A stretch of DNA of 28,266 nucleotides from Bdellovibrio sp. (lineage in GTDB: Bacteria > Bdellovibrionota > Bdellovibrionia > Bdellovibrionales > Bdellovibrionaceae). The notes beneath the pieces are model-generated. The model was not told where the DNA came from. It was given only the letters and a program-made list of their open reading frames with translations, and did not search any database. This document shows, piece by piece, positions 26,189 to 28,266 of this stretch (position 1 is the first letter of the stretch; each line of letters opens with the position of its first letter). The position numbers and the translations under genes were made by a program. Location: assembly GCA_046318155.1 (NCBI GenBank), contig JBKCUU010000128.1, positions 1 to 28,266 of the forward strand. Reading direction: 5' to 3'.

Positions 26189-26482
26189 ATGAAAAAAATG
26201 ATCTTGTCGGCAGCGTTGATTTTGGTTTCTTCGGTTGCAATGGCTCAACAACGGATTGATTTATCGTCGGGATCTTCGGCTCGCTTGAATGTCGGTCAAT
26301 CGACCATCGTTACTTGCGAGGGTGCGGCTTCTGTCGGTCAGGACAATAAATGTATGATTTCAAGAAACGATTTTGGTCGTCCAGAAGTCACAAGCGGTGG
26401 TAAAGTTGTGTTTACTTCTAGCGATCTGAATGAAGTCATTGCGATGGCCAAAAAATTGAATGAGGCAGGTCTTTGCCGATAG
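26189..26482 (+). CDS. Small secreted hypothetical protein
   Basis: AGGAG SD, signal peptide ending AMA, C-terminal GLCR. Confidence 0.75.
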   Translation: MKKMILSAALILVSSVAMAQQRIDLSSGSSARLNVGQSTIVTCEGAASVGQDNKCMISRNDFGRPEVTSGGKVVFTSSDLNEVIAMAKKLNEAGLCR

Positions 26483-26503
26483 TTCTGGTCTTAAACTGAG
26501 ATC

Positions 26504-26543
26504 AAAAAGAAACGGCTTTCCTGAGGAAGCCGTTTTTTATTTT
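26504..26543. terminator. Bidirectional rho-independent terminator
   Basis: AAAAAGAAACGGCTTTCC-TGA-GGAAGCCGTTTTTTATTTT between convergent genes. Confidence 0.8.
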
Positions 26544-26590
26544 GTCTCTCAATTGAAGCCTGCCTGTAAAGAGAGGTCTATTCTAAAGGC

Positions 26591-28030
26591 TTAAGGCCGT
26601 GCTTCTTTTTTGACTGTGGTAAGAGGCTTTTGAATAATGTGAATTGCGTGACCAAGAGTCGCTTCGGCGGCTTCCATCATCGTCTCGCCCAGTGTGGGGT
26701 GAGGATGAATCGTCAGCGCGAGGTCTTCCATGCGCGCGCCCATTTCGATCGCGAGGGCGGCTTCACTAATCAAGTTTGAAGCCTCGGGGCCCACGATGTG
26801 AACACCCAGTAAAACATGAGTTTTGGCATCCGCAATCATTTTTACAAACCCATCGGTCTCCATCATTGAAACCGCTCGGCCGTTGGCGCCGAACGGAAAT
26901 TTTCCGATCAACAGCTCATGGCCTTTGGCTTTCGCCTCAGACTCCATGAGGCCTGCCGCCGCAATTTCGGGGTCTGTGAACACAACAGCGGGAACGGTTT
27001 TGGCATCGTACACGCGGTTTTTACCTGAGATGACCTCGGCAACCAAAACACCTTCGTGCGAGGCTTTGTGCGCCAGCATCGGTTGGCAAGCAATGTCACC
27101 AATGGCAAAAATGTTCGAAGCCGTGGTTCGGCGCTGAGCATCGACTTTGATAAAACCTTTTTCATCAACGGTTATGCCCGCGGCTTTCAGATTGGCTTGA
27201 TCCGAATTGGGTTTGCGGCCTACGGTCACCAAGATCTTGTCGCATTTCAGAACTTCTTCTTTGCCGCCTACATCGATCGTAACTTCATAGCCAGAACCCA
27301 ATTTCTTTTGGCCTTTGGCTTTGGCATTCAGCAAAATTTTTACACCTTGTTTGGTCAACTTGCGCGAAACGACTTGTGCGCAATCAGGATCCACAACGCC
27401 ATTCAAAACGGCGGCGCTCGCTTCAACGACTGTCACTTCAGTGCCGAGTTTGGCCAAGTAGCCGCTGATCTCAAGGCCGATGTAGCCACCACCAATCACG
27501 ACCAATTTTTTAGGAATGTGATCCAGCGCCAAAGCGCCGGTTGAAGACATGATGTCTTTTTCGTCAAATTTAAATCCAGGGATCTCGATCGGGCGCGAAC
27601 CCGTCGCGACGATAAAGTTTTTTGCCGTGACGGATTCCGAACCCGCTTTTGCTTTCACGGTGATTTCAGTTTTGCTTTTAAATTCGGCCTCGCCCATCAA
27701 GACGGTAACGCCGTAACCTTTAAGCAACTGACCTACGCCGCTGGCCATTTTGTCGCTGACCGATTGTTTCCAGCCGACGAGCTTCTTCATATCAACATCA
27801 AGATTTTTAAATGAAAAGCCCATCGTGGGGGCATCGTGCTGAGCTTTGTGATAAAAATGCGCGGCTGTGATCATCGCCTTTGAAGGGATGCAGCCTACAT
27901 TCAAGCAAACCCCTCCCAAGTACTCACGCTCGACGATCGCTGTTTTCAATCCCAACTGAGCAGAGCGAATCGCAGCCACGTAACCACCAGGACCTGCACC
28001 AATCACGACAACATCAAAACTTTGGGCCAT
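26591..28030 (-). CDS. lpdA: Dihydrolipoyl dehydrogenase (E3)
   Basis: GAGPGG, GGVCLNVGCIPSK, GGGYIGLE and HPHPTLGE motifs; ATG 28030 preferred over 28054. Confidence 0.95.
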   Translation of the reverse strand: MAQSFDVVVIGAGPGGYVAAIRSAQLGLKTAIVEREYLGGVCLNVGCIPSKAMITAAHFYHKAQHDAPTMGFSFKNLDVDMKKLVGWKQSVSDKMASGVGQLLKGYGVTVLMGEAEFKSKTEITVKAKAGSESVTAKNFIVATGSRPIEIPGFKFDEKDIMSSTGALALDHIPKKLVVIGGGYIGLEISGYLAKLGTEVTVVEASAAVLNGVVDPDCAQVVSRKLTKQGVKILLNAKAKGQKKLGSGYEVTIDVGGKEEVLKCDKILVTVGRKPNSDQANLKAAGITVDEKGFIKVDAQRRTTASNIFAIGDIACQPMLAHKASHEGVLVAEVISGKNRVYDAKTVPAVVFTDPEIAAAGLMESEAKAKGHELLIGKFPFGANGRAVSMMETDGFVKMIADAKTHVLLGVHIVGPEASNLISEAALAIEMGARMEDLALTIHPHPTLGETMMEAAEATLGHAIHIIQKPLTTVKKEARP

Positions 28031-28135
28031 ATTTTTCTCCATCTTTTTTTTCATGCAGCGGGGCTTTGTCAGAAAAGTTCAAAGCCCAGAAATTGAAACG
28101 TCCCGACCCCACAGAGATCGGGACTCAAGGGTCGA

Positions 28136-28265
28136 TTAGATGAGATCCAAAATCAAACGGCCAGGAGACTGGATACGTCCGATAAAGGCTTTCAAGAAAT
28201 TGGCCGCCACCCGCGCCGCTGACGTCATCACGAGTGACGCGGCCAGCGAGACCAGACCCTTGAAG
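28136..28265 (-). pseudogene. pdhC: Fragment of 2-oxoacid dehydrogenase E2 (pdhC-like) with an apparent internal deletion and frameshift
   Basis: One frame reads LQGSGLAGRVTRDDV (E3-binding domain); the next frame reads VAANFLKAFIGRIQSPGRLILDLI* (E2 C-terminus). It lies directly upstream of lpdA. Confidence 0.75.
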
Positions 28266-28266
28266 T

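Overview
Bacterial chromosomal window, most likely from a Bdellovibrionota (Bdellovibrio-like predator). This is inferred from the pgi - FHA/GGDEF dgcB - ECF sigma neighbourhood, the many secreted proteases and lipoproteins, and sigma28/sigma54 promoter motifs. It carries about 29 CDS: an AlkB-like dioxygenase, rfaE1, an S1 protease, rlmN, a PfkB kinase, a Thr-motif/coiled-coil protein, a metallophosphoesterase, pgi, dgcB, a DUF2799-like lipoprotein, an ECF sigma factor plus small partner, a Zn aminopeptidase, an OM beta-barrel, an HEXXH peptidase, an AT-richer LysR/NAD(P)H-binding/intradiol-dioxygenase islet, TonB-like, PilZ-like, PIN-PhoH, MaoC, a dual ABC ATPase, lipB, lpdA and small secreted proteins. 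No tRNA, rRNA, CRISPR array or transposase was seen. The non-coding DNA is rich in structure: a 177-bp ERIC/MITE-like long hairpin (one full copy, one half copy), 26-bp tandem palindromic REP-like units, and a perfect 40-bp inverted repeat. The last two sit at convergent junctions and supply the genes' stop codons. Other notable points: a pdhC (E2) fragment at the right edge with its catalytic domain apparently deleted, repeated leaderless-type promoters, a sigma54/IHF promoter for the ECF sigma, and a candidate phospho-threonine scaffold upstream of dgcB.
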